Origin: Minisyncoccota bacterium
GTDB lineage: Bacteria > Patescibacteriota > Minisyncoccia > Minisyncoccales > JAQTPW01
Direction of reading: 5' to 3'
DNA length: 64,000 nt
Assembly (NCBI GenBank): GCA_028712565.1
Contig: JAQTPW010000003.1
Coordinates: forward strand, 2,197 to 66,196
The translations under genes and the position numbers were made by a program. The notes beneath the pieces are model-generated. The model saw only the letters and a program-made list of their open reading frames with translations, was not told the origin of the DNA and ran no database searches. This document shows positions 47,197 to 55,377 of the stretch, piece by piece (the stretch's first letter is position 1; each line of letters starts with the position of its first letter).

Positions 47197-47888
47197 TAAA
47201 ATTTGAAAATATAACAAAAATTTATCCGGCAGGAACAGAATCAGATGAAATTGTTGCTTTGGAAGATGTTTCTTTTGAAATTAAAAAAGGCGAGTTTATT
47301 TTGATTGTCGGCAGGTCAGGGGCGGGAAAAACAACTTTGTTAAAATTGCTTTTGGCCGAAGAAAAACCAACAAACGGAAAAATAACTTTTGAAGACCAAG
47401 ATATCCATAAAATAAAATCGCATCATTTGCCGGAATTGCGAAAAAGAATCGGGTCTGTTTTTCAAGATTATAAATTATTGTCCTCAAAAAATGCTTTTGA
47501 AAATGTAGCTTATGCTTTGGAAGTAGTTGGCGCTAATGACGAAGAAATAAAAAGAGACGTGCCAAAGGTTTTGGAAATAGTTGGATTAAAAGAAAGAGCT
47601 TTTAATTTTCCCAAAGAGCTTTCCGGAGGAGAAAAGCAGAGAGCGGCAATTGCCAGAGCTTTAATCCACAGGCCCAATGTGATTTTAGCGGACGAGCCGA
47701 CAGGAAACTTGGATCCTTACAATTCAGCTGACATAATCCAGTTGCTTCTAAAAATTAATAAAATGGGGACTACTGTTATTTTGGCAACACACGATAGGGA
47801 TATAATCAATACTTTGAAAAAAAGAGTGATTACTTTGGATAAAGGCCGCGTAGTCAAAGATGAAGAAAAAGGGAAATTTATATTGTGA
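47193..47888 (+). CDS. ftsE: Cell division ATP-binding protein FtsE
   Basis: GRSGAGKTT Walker A, LSGGEKQR signature, ILADEPTGNLD; ATGA overlap with prfB. Confidence 0.9.
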   Translation: MIKFENITKIYPAGTESDEIVALEDVSFEIKKGEFILIVGRSGAGKTTLLKLLLAEEKPTNGKITFEDQDIHKIKSHHLPELRKRIGSVFQDYKLLSSKNAFENVAYALEVVGANDEEIKRDVPKVLEIVGLKERAFNFPKELSGGEKQRAAIARALIHRPNVILADEPTGNLDPYNSADIIQLLLKINKMGTTVILATHDRDIINTLKKRVITLDKGRVVKDEEKGKFIL

Positions 47889-47930
47889 ATCCTAAATTCT
47901 AAATCCTAAATTCTAAATTCTAAATATTAA
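47889..47930. repeat. Six tandem heptamers ATYCTAA filling the ftsE-ftsX spacer
   Basis: ATCCTAA ATTCTAA ATCCTAA ATTCTAA ATTCTAA ATATTAA. Confidence 0.85.
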
Positions 47931-47931
47931 G

Positions 47932-48840
47932 ATGTTAACCCAATTTAAAAGAGCAATTCGTTTGAGCTGGACAAACTTTTTAAGGCAAGGCGCCCTTTCC
48001 TTTGCCACTTGTTTTATATTAGTAATGGCAATTGCTTTAGTTACCTCGCTTTTTATTTTAAAAGACGCAAGCCAGTTTATGATTTCTAATCTTCAGGAAA
48101 GAGTTGATATATCAGTTTATTTTAAAAATGAATCTCAAGAAGAAGATATTTTGAAAGTAAAAGATGAAGTTGCAAAAATACCGGAAGTAAAATCCATAGA
48201 ATATGTTTCAAAGGAAGAGGCGCTGGAGGCCTTTACGCAAAAGCACCAGGACGATTCTATTTTGATGGAATCTTTGACCGAATTGGGAGAAAATCCGCTA
48301 TTGGCATCTTTAAATATAAAAGCTTGGCAGCCAGACCAATACCAAAAAGTTTCAGATTACTTGAATGGCCTTGAGTCAGAAAATTTGATTGAAAAAATTG
48401 ATTATTCTCAAAGGAAATCAATAATTGAAAGAATCTTTGTTTTAACCTCCGGATTTAAAACCGCAGGTTTAATCGCTGGAATCATACTGTCTTTGGTCGC
48501 AGTTTTAATTACATTTAATACAATTAGGTTGGCGATTCTAAACCAAAAAGAAGAAATTTCCATTCAGAGATTAGTTGGCGCTTCCAACTGGTTTATCCGC
48601 GGCCCATTTTTGATCCAAGGAGCTATTGCCGGATTTTTCGCTTCTTTGATTTCTCTTTTAATTTTTGGAATATCCTGCTGGCTTTTGAGCCCCAAAATAG
48701 AAATTTTATTTTCTGACTTGAATATTTTCGGTATTTTTGTTAATAATTTCTGGATGCTGTTTTTAATCCAGCTGGCTACCGGAATTATTCTCGGAGCCAT
48801 TTCCAGCCTAATCGCCGTCAGAAAGTATTTGAAGGTGTAA
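47932..48840 (+). CDS. ftsX: Cell division permease-like protein FtsX
   Basis: N-terminal TM, periplasmic domain, three C-terminal TM helices; follows ftsE. Confidence 0.85.
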   Translation: MLTQFKRAIRLSWTNFLRQGALSFATCFILVMAIALVTSLFILKDASQFMISNLQERVDISVYFKNESQEEDILKVKDEVAKIPEVKSIEYVSKEEALEAFTQKHQDDSILMESLTELGENPLLASLNIKAWQPDQYQKVSDYLNGLESENLIEKIDYSQRKSIIERIFVLTSGFKTAGLIAGIILSLVAVLITFNTIRLAILNQKEEISIQRLVGASNWFIRGPFLIQGAIAGFFASLISLLIFGISCWLLSPKIEILFSDLNIFGIFVNNFWMLFLIQLATGIILGAISSLIAVRKYLKV

Positions 48841-48856
48841 AATTTATCTTCAAAGC

Positions 48857-48927
48857 TGCGGAGTCGTCTAATGGTAGGACTGCAGCCTCTGGAGCTGTGT
48901 ATGTTGGTTCGAATCCAACCTCCGCAG
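48857..48927 (+). tRNA. tRNA-Gln (anticodon CTG)
   Basis: Acceptor TGCGGAG/CTCCGCA, anticodon loop CTCTGGA, T-arm GTTGGTTCGAATCCAAC, discriminator G. Confidence 0.9.
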
Positions 48928-48950
48928 CTTTGAAGATAAGTAGTAATAAA

Positions 48951-49069
48951 TTTGGCGGGGTGAAGTAGGACTGTAGCCTTCCCGTCTGCGGCGGGATAAA
49001 CTGGCTTGCCCCGCTATGGCGGGGAGCCATTAATCTTGGTTCGCCTGCCCCGTAGTGAACCGAGATTTT
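48951..49069 (+). ncRNA. GC-rich structured RNA / attenuator-like leader candidate (class unknown)
   Basis: Two GCGGGG and two CCCCG segments; strong hairpin 49002-49029; terminator-like TCTTGGTTC...GAACCGAGA + TTTT at 49034-49069. Confidence 0.35.
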
Positions 49070-49129
49070 CAAGATTCTACTACTGGGAATCCAAGCCCGG
49101 CAGCCGTTCGTATTTAAACTAAAGAGCTT

Positions 49130-50248
49130 ATGAAAAAGAAAGTTTTAATAATAATTGGAATTTTGCCGGCATTTTTATTGGTGGCCTTGATCGCTTTATT
49201 TTTTATTTTGCGCGTTATAGCCCCTCCTGATGAAATGGGCTTCGGCTGGGATGGAATAAGTTCCAATGGAACTTTACCTTGGTTAAAATGGACTATTTTA
49301 GACCAAAAGCAAATCAATCAAAAGCTGCTGCCGCTTTATGCTCCCGCCCAAAATTTTGACCCACTTGCTTTGTGCGAAAAAATTACATCAAACGAGGAAA
49401 AATTTACTTGTCTGGCCATTATTAAAAATGACAAAAAGATATGCGACAACATTAATGATTCAGACGAAAAAAATTATTGCGATCTAAAACTAGATGAAGT
49501 TGCCGGACTTTCCCCTGCATTATGTGAGCAGAGAGAAGGATATTTAAAGCAGGAATGTTACGCTACTTTGGCCATTAATGAAAAAGATCCTTCTTTCTGC
49601 GGAAAGATAGATGATGGCGTTGATAAAGATTTGTGTTTTTATAATGTGGCAGTTGAGGCAGAAAATAAAACATTTTGCGAGAGAATAGCAGATGAAAATT
49701 TTTATTATATGGAGTCTTGTTTTATGGCCGTTGCTGAAAAAAACGGTGATTTCGCAACGTGTGACGAGATAGCGGACAGCCAAAAAAAGAAGAGTTGCAA
49801 ACAAGATATTAAAAATTCCATGTTGCAAAATAAAGCAATAAGCGAAAACAGTCCTTCGCTTTGTAATCAAATAAAAAGCCCAGATGGCGGAATTTCAGCC
49901 TTGCTGAATGAAAATGATGAAAAAAAATATCTGAGAGATAATTGCTATTATGAAACTGCAATAGCCAACAAAAACGCTGAAATCTGCAAAAAGATAAAAG
50001 AAGAGTGTCAACAAGCAATTTGCATAGCAGAAATAAAAAATCCCTATGCTTGTGAAAGATGTAAGGATGAAGCGTGTTGCGGAGTAATAAGTATGCGGCA
50101 ATCTTGCTACAATAAAGCCGCAATTTCTTTAGAAGATCCATCTTTTTGCGGCGATGCTACGATTACTCAGGGAAAAAATGAATGCTATTTTCTTATCGCC
50201 CTAAAATCTGCGGGAATAGACATTAAAGATTTTCTTCATGAATATTAG
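49130..50248 (+). CDS. Secreted/membrane-anchored Cys-pair repeat protein
   Basis: N-terminal TM/signal helix, then about ten repeats of about 20-24 aa of the form C-x6-9-[DN]-x2-3-C-x2-I. Confidence 0.7.
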   Translation: MKKKVLIIIGILPAFLLVALIALFFILRVIAPPDEMGFGWDGISSNGTLPWLKWTILDQKQINQKLLPLYAPAQNFDPLALCEKITSNEEKFTCLAIIKNDKKICDNINDSDEKNYCDLKLDEVAGLSPALCEQREGYLKQECYATLAINEKDPSFCGKIDDGVDKDLCFYNVAVEAENKTFCERIADENFYYMESCFMAVAEKNGDFATCDEIADSQKKKSCKQDIKNSMLQNKAISENSPSLCNQIKSPDGGISALLNENDEKKYLRDNCYYETAIANKNAEICKKIKEECQQAICIAEIKNPYACERCKDEACCGVISMRQSCYNKAAISLEDPSFCGDATITQGKNECYFLIALKSAGIDIKDFLHEY

Positions 50249-50347
50249 CTTTATAGTTTTAAAATTAGTTTAAAATAGAAATGTAAAATATTTTTTGTAT
50301 TTGTATAATAAAAGATGAAAATATAAAAAAGCAATAAATAAAGCGCT

Positions 50348-51121
50348 ATGGGCAAAGAAAATAAATCAATACACGAGTTTGACTTAAACTTAATTTGTGA
50401 ATTACATTTAGGACTGGAACGGCAGGGGCCTGGCAGTCCTGAAATGACTATTAAGGCATTAAGTTTTCTGGATAATCTTAATAAAAATTTACGGGTAGCG
50501 GATTTGGGCTGTGGAACCGGCGGGCAAACAATGGTTCTTGCACAAAATATTACTGGGAATATCACTGGCGTAGATTTTTTCCCCGGTTTTATAAATATTT
50601 TTAACGACAATGCCAAAAAATTGAATCTCCAAGAAAGAGTAAATAGTATTGTCGGCTCAATGGAAAACCTTTCTTTCCAAAAAGAAGAATTTGACCTTAT
50701 ATGGTCTGAAGGGGCTATTGCCAGTATTGGTTTTGAAAAAGGCCTGAACTATTGGAAGGACTTCCTGAAAACAGGCGGCTATATTGCCTTAACATACGAA
50801 TCATGGTTTACCGATGAGCGCCCCGCCGAAATTGAAAAGTGGTGGGTTGATAATGTTCCTGAAATAAGCACGATAGGGCATAATATCTCAATAATGCAAA
50901 AAGCGGGTTATCGTCTTGTTGCCGCGTTTACATTGCCCGAAAAATGCTGGACAGATAATTATTTTATTCCGCGGCAAGCCGCAGGAAAAGCGCTTTTAGA
51001 AAAATATGCCGGAAATAAAACCGTAGAGGATTTTATTGCAAATATGGAATATGAGGCGGAATTGTATTCAAAATACAAACAGTATTATGGATATGTTTTC
51101 TATATCGGCAAGAAAATATAA
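50348..51121 (+). CDS. Class I SAM-dependent methyltransferase
   Basis: Motif [13 protein letters not shown]; 257 aa. Confidence 0.8.
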   Translation: MGKENKSIHEFDLNLICELHLGLERQGPGSPEMTIKALSFLDNLNKNLRVADLGCGTGGQTMVLAQNITGNITGVDFFPGFINIFNDNAKKLNLQERVNSIVGSMENLSFQKEEFDLIWSEGAIASIGFEKGLNYWKDFLKTGGYIALTYESWFTDERPAEIEKWWVDNVPEISTIGHNISIMQKAGYRLVAAFTLPEKCWTDNYFIPRQAAGKALLEKYAGNKTVEDFIANMEYEAELYSKYKQYYGYVFYIGKKI

Positions 51122-51204
51122 AGGCATCATTTTCCCATTTATAATGAAATTAAACCGAAGATATTATTAAAACATGCGAAGTCAGGTGACTGAGACGCAT
51201 GAAA

Positions 51205-51235
51205 GGAAAACCGCCCGAAACAGGCGGTTTTCCTT
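51205..51235. terminator. GC hairpin terminator at the left edge of the GC-rich cassette
   Basis: GGAAAACCGCC-CGAAACA-GGCGGTTTTCC followed by TTTTC. Confidence 0.5.
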
Positions 51236-51262
51236 TTCTACTCCAAGCTGAGTCGCAAACCC

Positions 51263-51291
51263 TTGACAAAGTTTATTTATAGTAATGTAAT
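51263..51291 (+). promoter_or_regulatory. Candidate promoter of the GC-rich ORF
   Basis: TTGACA-17 nt-TGTAAT. Confidence 0.45.
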
Positions 51292-51362
51292 GAAGATGTA
51301 AAAAGAGAATATCTTTTTGCTGCCCTAAACGGCATACGCACATTGAAAAGGAGATTTGTTTG

Positions 51363-51866
51363 ATGGAAAAGATTCTGAGTGTTCGTCGCATTGGCTTGGT
51401 TGCACGCATCGCCGACATGCTGATGGTGCCGATCATGTATATTTCTTCGGGTACGTTTCGCGAGAAACCCCAGCATACGCACGCATGGAACGTGCAGAAT
51501 TTGCCAGCAGACGGAGACAAGCGTCTGGTCAACCAGGCAATGGCTCACTGCAAGGGTATCGCCGAACAGATAGCTCGGCGTCACTGGTTGGACTTTCAGT
51601 TCCACATACTGATTATTGGAGGATGGCGTAACTACGTCGTCCTTCAGCCCGAATATGAGGAAGTGTGGCATGTTGGTTGGAGGGCGTCTGACGCAGGTGC
51701 CCAGATTTCCATATTGCCCCTCGTTGGCCCGGTACGCATGCTGATTGGTTCCGAAGACGTATCGTTCTTCGGCGTCACCGACGACGGCGTCCAAATTCCG
51801 ATCCGTGAGATCGGCAAGGGTCGCATCGGAGATTGCGGAGAGTTTTCCAAAATTCAGCTTTATTGA
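51363..51866 (+). CDS. Hypothetical protein in a GC-rich, foreign-looking cassette
   Basis: SD AAGGAG 9 nt before the ATG, own promoter and terminator. A mirror ORF on the - strand (51273-51872) shares codon register, so strand choice is not certain. Confidence 0.5.
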   Translation: MEKILSVRRIGLVARIADMLMVPIMYISSGTFREKPQHTHAWNVQNLPADGDKRLVNQAMAHCKGIAEQIARRHWLDFQFHILIIGGWRNYVVLQPEYEEVWHVGWRASDAGAQISILPLVGPVRMLIGSEDVSFFGVTDDGVQIPIREIGKGRIGDCGEFSKIQLY

Positions 51867-51908
51867 TATCATCCCAAATGGGATGGACGTTCAACAAGGC
51901 GACAGGTT

Positions 51909-51938
51909 ACCGCCTACCTGAGTTAAAGGCGGTTTTTT
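51909..51938 (+). terminator. Terminator of the GC-rich ORF
   Basis: ACCGCCT-ACCTGAGTTA-AAGGCGGT followed by TTTTTT. Confidence 0.55.
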
Positions 51939-52329
51939 CTTTACTTCGACTCGTTTCATTCGTTCAGCGCAGGCTCTTATTCTACCCCGGGATTTTGCGG
52001 GCGAAAGTTTTTGTTTATCCTGAGCGCAGTCGAACAGATTGAAATTTATCGGAAAAAGCATAAAGTTAATATAAGAAATACGTAAAAAATAACAAGGGAG
52101 TAGGTAAATTTTATGAAAAAACAATCTCAAAATTTAATTGTTGGAAATCCGGACAATAAAACAAGCTTTTGAGCTTTTGAATATTCACTATTAATATAAA
52201 TAATAAAGGTATTTTGAAAACTAATTGTTTTGTTGGTTGTAGAGATGGGCGATATAAAAAACCGAATATTTTAAAATTGAAAAAAGTTAAAAATAGTATT
52301 TTAAAAAAAGTAAAATAAAAAATTAAATT

Positions 52330-55300
52330 ATGAATATGGGTGGTCTTTTTGAAAATTATATCCAATCTATCTCTTCTAAATTTTCTCATGCAGAGACGAG
52401 TGAAATGGGATACCGTACGGACTTTGAGAATTTAATTAAAGAGATTTTCGAGGCGATTAAAGTCTATCGGATAGACCATGACGCAAAAGCTGAAAAGGGC
52501 AATAAGCCAGATTTTGTTGTGCTCAAATATGATGTGCCAATTTTGTATATTGAAACAAAAGATATCGGTGTTTATTTGGATAAAGTTGAAAAATCAGAGC
52601 AAATGGCAAGGTATTATGGTTATACAAATTTAGTTCTTACCAATTATGTCGAATTTCGTTTTTATAGAAATGGAATCCGTTATGAAGAGCCGATAAAAAT
52701 TGCCAATTACGATATAAAAAATAGAATAATTTCTCCAATTCCCGAAAATTACGAGCATATCGCCAAATCATTAGTTGAATTTACTCAAACTTACAAGGAG
52801 CCGATACGTTCAGGCGAGCACCTCGCAAAGATTATGGGTGGGAAAGCGCAAAGAATTAGGGATAATGTGCGTCAATTTTTTGTTTCCGAATCAGATAAAA
52901 GTATTGAACTCTTCCATGTTTATGAAACTGTAAAAAAACTCCTTGTTCATGATCTTACGCCAGACGCTTTTTCTGATATGTATGCGCAAACTCTAGTCTA
53001 TGGCCTTTTTGTCGCTCGTTATTATGACGAATCACCAGATACCTTTACGCGACAAGAGGCCCGCGATCTTGTTCCCGATTCCAATCCTTTTCTTGGACAT
53101 TTTTTTGATCACATCGTTGGACGGAATTTTGATAAGCGACTCGAATATATCGTAAATGAATTGTGCGAAGTTTTTGCCCATTCTAATGTAAAAGAATTAA
53201 TGGGCCAATATTTCAAGACGGATTTATTCGATAAGACCCATGAAGAACCCGATCCGGTTATTCATTTTTATGAAGATTTTTTAAAGGAATACGATCCCGA
53301 ATTAAGGAAAAAAATGGGGGCGTATTATACGCCGTTGCCCGTTGTCAGGTTTATTGTACGAGCTGTAGATAAAATTCTCGAAATGGATTTTGGATTGGTT
53401 AGGGGGCTTGCCGATAATGTTAAAAATACTGCCGGAATTCACCGCGTGCAAATTCTTGACCCAGCCGTCGGTACGGGTACTTTTATTAGTGCGATAATTC
53501 GGGCTATTTATGAACGTATTTTGAAAGCCAAGCAGGAAGGAAGTTGGCCAGCTTACGTGCATCACGATCTTTTACCTCGTATCCATGGATTTGAATTGAT
53601 GATGGCTCCATACACAATAGCTCATTTAAAATTGAGCATGGCGTTTGAAAAAACTGGATTTTGGAAATTTCATCGTCGGCTTGGTATCTATCTTACGAAT
53701 TCCCTCGAAGAGAGTCCTATCCAAAAGGATTTATTTACCGGCTTTGGTTTTGCCGAAAGTATTGCCGAAGAGTCAAAAGAAGCATCAGTTATAAAAAATA
53801 AAACCCCGATTATGGTGGTTGTTGGTAATCCGCCTTATAGCGTAAGCTCCTCAAACAAAGGCGAGTGGATACAAAATCTCATTAAGGATTATAAAAAGGG
53901 TCTCGGTGAACGGAAGATTAATCTTGATGACGATTATATTAAATTCATCCGTTTTGCCGAACACTTTATAGAGAAAAATAAAAGCGGCATTGTCGCGATG
54001 ATTACCAATAACTCATTTATAGACGGTATCACTCATCGTCAAATGAGAAAGCATCTACTTGAAACATTTAATGATATTTATATTCTTGACCTTCACGGAA
54101 ACTCCAAGAAAAAAGAAAAGGCGCCGGACGGGAGGAAAGATGAAAACGTCTTCGATATCCAGCAGGGTGTTTCGATTAATGTTTTTGTACGCGAGGAAGG
54201 TGAAAAAAAGGGTCTCGGTACTGTCCGCCACGCCGAACTTTATGGAAAAAGAGAAAATAAATTTGAAACATTAAGCAAAAACGATATAACAACTATTAAA
54301 TGGAAAAAACTTAATTCACCCGAACCATATTATTTTTTCGTACCAAAGGATTTCGGAGTGGAAGCGGAGTATAGTAAAGGGTTTAAAGTCGATGAATTAT
54401 TTAACATCTTTAGCGTCGGTATTGGTACAAAAGTTGATTCTATATCCGTTGATTTTGATAAAGATAAATTGATAAGAAGAGTAATTGATATTTTGAATAA
54501 CAAGTATAAAAAAGAGTCATTAATTTTAAAGTTTGAATTAGAAAATAATACGACTTGGGAGTACGAGAGAGCCCTTAACGCAACGTTTGAAGAAAATAAA
54601 ATAGTTGAATATGATTATCGTCCCTTCGATAAAAGATACACTTTTTATGATCACGATTTTCTGTCTAGAGGTCGGCGGAATGTAATGGATAATTTTTTCA
54701 ATAAAAATAATTATGGTCTTGAACTGGGTCGAACGTCATTCGTTGCTTTTATATCTAAGGACTTAAGTGACGAGCATTTCGGAGGTCCTAAATCTTATAA
54801 ATTTCCTCTCTATATTTGGGCTGCCGGCAAAAATCGAACACCAAATTTTAAAAAATCAATTATTGAAGAAATAGAAAAAATTATAGGCAAGGCATCCCCT
54901 GAAGATATTTTCGATTACATTTATGCCGTTCTTCACTCGCCAAGCTATCGCGAAAAATACAAGGAATTTTTGAAGATTGATTTTCCTCGAATACCTTATC
55001 CGAAAAATAAAATAAGCTTTAAGAAGCTTGTAGCGTTTGGCACGGAATTACGTTCACTGCACCTTCTTGAATCTCCAAAAATTAACAAATTTATAACAAC
55101 ATATCCTATTACTGGATCAGATACCACCGATAAAATAACTTATAAAGATAATAAAGTATTTATCAATAATGATCAGTATTTTGGCAATGTATCTGAATTA
55201 GCTTGGAATTTCTATGTCGGCGGTTATCAACCAGCACAAAAATGGCTCAAAGACCGCAAGGGCCGTACCCTCACAAATGCCGATATTGAACACTACCAAA

Positions 55301-55377
55301 AAATAATTGTTGCACTCACCGAAACAGATAAAATCATGAAAGAAATTGATAAAATTTATGTTAAAAAAGCAAGATAA
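52330..55377 (+). CDS. Single-polypeptide type IIG-like restriction-modification enzyme (PD-ExK nuclease + gamma N6-adenine methyltransferase + C-terminal specificity domain)
   Basis: N-terminal KPDFVV...LYIETKD; motif I ILDPAVGTGTF; motif IV VVGNPPYS; C-terminal FLKIDFPRIPYP...LRSLHLLES, as in type ISP/IIG specificity domains. No helicase/ATPase motifs. Confidence 0.8.
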   Translation: MNMGGLFENYIQSISSKFSHAETSEMGYRTDFENLIKEIFEAIKVYRIDHDAKAEKGNKPDFVVLKYDVPILYIETKDIGVYLDKVEKSEQMARYYGYTNLVLTNYVEFRFYRNGIRYEEPIKIANYDIKNRIISPIPENYEHIAKSLVEFTQTYKEPIRSGEHLAKIMGGKAQRIRDNVRQFFVSESDKSIELFHVYETVKKLLVHDLTPDAFSDMYAQTLVYGLFVARYYDESPDTFTRQEARDLVPDSNPFLGHFFDHIVGRNFDKRLEYIVNELCEVFAHSNVKELMGQYFKTDLFDKTHEEPDPVIHFYEDFLKEYDPELRKKMGAYYTPLPVVRFIVRAVDKILEMDFGLVRGLADNVKNTAGIHRVQILDPAVGTGTFISAIIRAIYERILKAKQEGSWPAYVHHDLLPRIHGFELMMAPYTIAHLKLSMAFEKTGFWKFHRRLGIYLTNSLEESPIQKDLFTGFGFAESIAEESKEASVIKNKTPIMVVVGNPPYSVSSSNKGEWIQNLIKDYKKGLGERKINLDDDYIKFIRFAEHFIEKNKSGIVAMITNNSFIDGITHRQMRKHLLETFNDIYILDLHGNSKKKEKAPDGRKDENVFDIQQGVSINVFVREEGEKKGLGTVRHAELYGKRENKFETLSKNDITTIKWKKLNSPEPYYFFVPKDFGVEAEYSKGFKVDELFNIFSVGIGTKVDSISVDFDKDKLIRRVIDILNNKYKKESLILKFELENNTTWEYERALNATFEENKIVEYDYRPFDKRYTFYDHDFLSRGRRNVMDNFFNKNNYGLELGRTSFVAFISKDLSDEHFGGPKSYKFPLYIWAAGKNRTPNFKKSIIEEIEKIIGKASPEDIFDYIYAVLHSPSYREKYKEFLKIDFPRIPYPKNKISFKKLVAFGTELRSLHLLESPKINKFITTYPITGSDTTDKITYKDNKVFINNDQYFGNVSELAWNFYVGGYQPAQKWLKDRKGRTLTNADIEHYQKIIVALTETDKIMKEIDKIYVKKAR

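Noticed and set aside
47889-47930. Heptamer array considered as a CRISPR or other spacer-repeat array
   Set aside because: The units are 7 nt, contiguous and without spacers, and there are no cas genes. It is a microsatellite, not a CRISPR.
11988-48964. CGGGGTGAA occurs four times on the + strand (about 11988, 35146, 36508 and 48956), far more than composition predicts
   Set aside because: Two occurrences are simply the conserved right arm of the structured element. The other two lie in unrelated GC-rich hairpins and lack the rest of the element. It is possibly an SD-like (GGGGTGA) coincidence, so it is not treated as a separate motif.
48951-49060. Tested as a second tRNA (or an intron-containing or Sec tRNA) after tRNA-Gln
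   Set aside because: The 5' part resembles a tRNA D/anticodon-stem region. There is no matching 3' acceptor strand and no T-arm with a TTCRA loop, so a cloverleaf cannot be closed.
48818-49072. 84-aa - strand ORF
   Set aside because: It runs antisense across tRNA-Gln and the GC-rich RNA candidate, so it is spurious.
51273-51872. 199-aa - strand ORF mirroring the GC-rich + strand ORF
   Set aside because: It is not called as the gene. It has no RBS, a terminator-like hairpin sits immediately upstream of it, and its C-terminal tail runs through the AT-rich promoter/SD region of the + strand ORF. Antisense ORFs in the same codon register are common in GC-rich genes. It remains possible, and this is noted in the findings.
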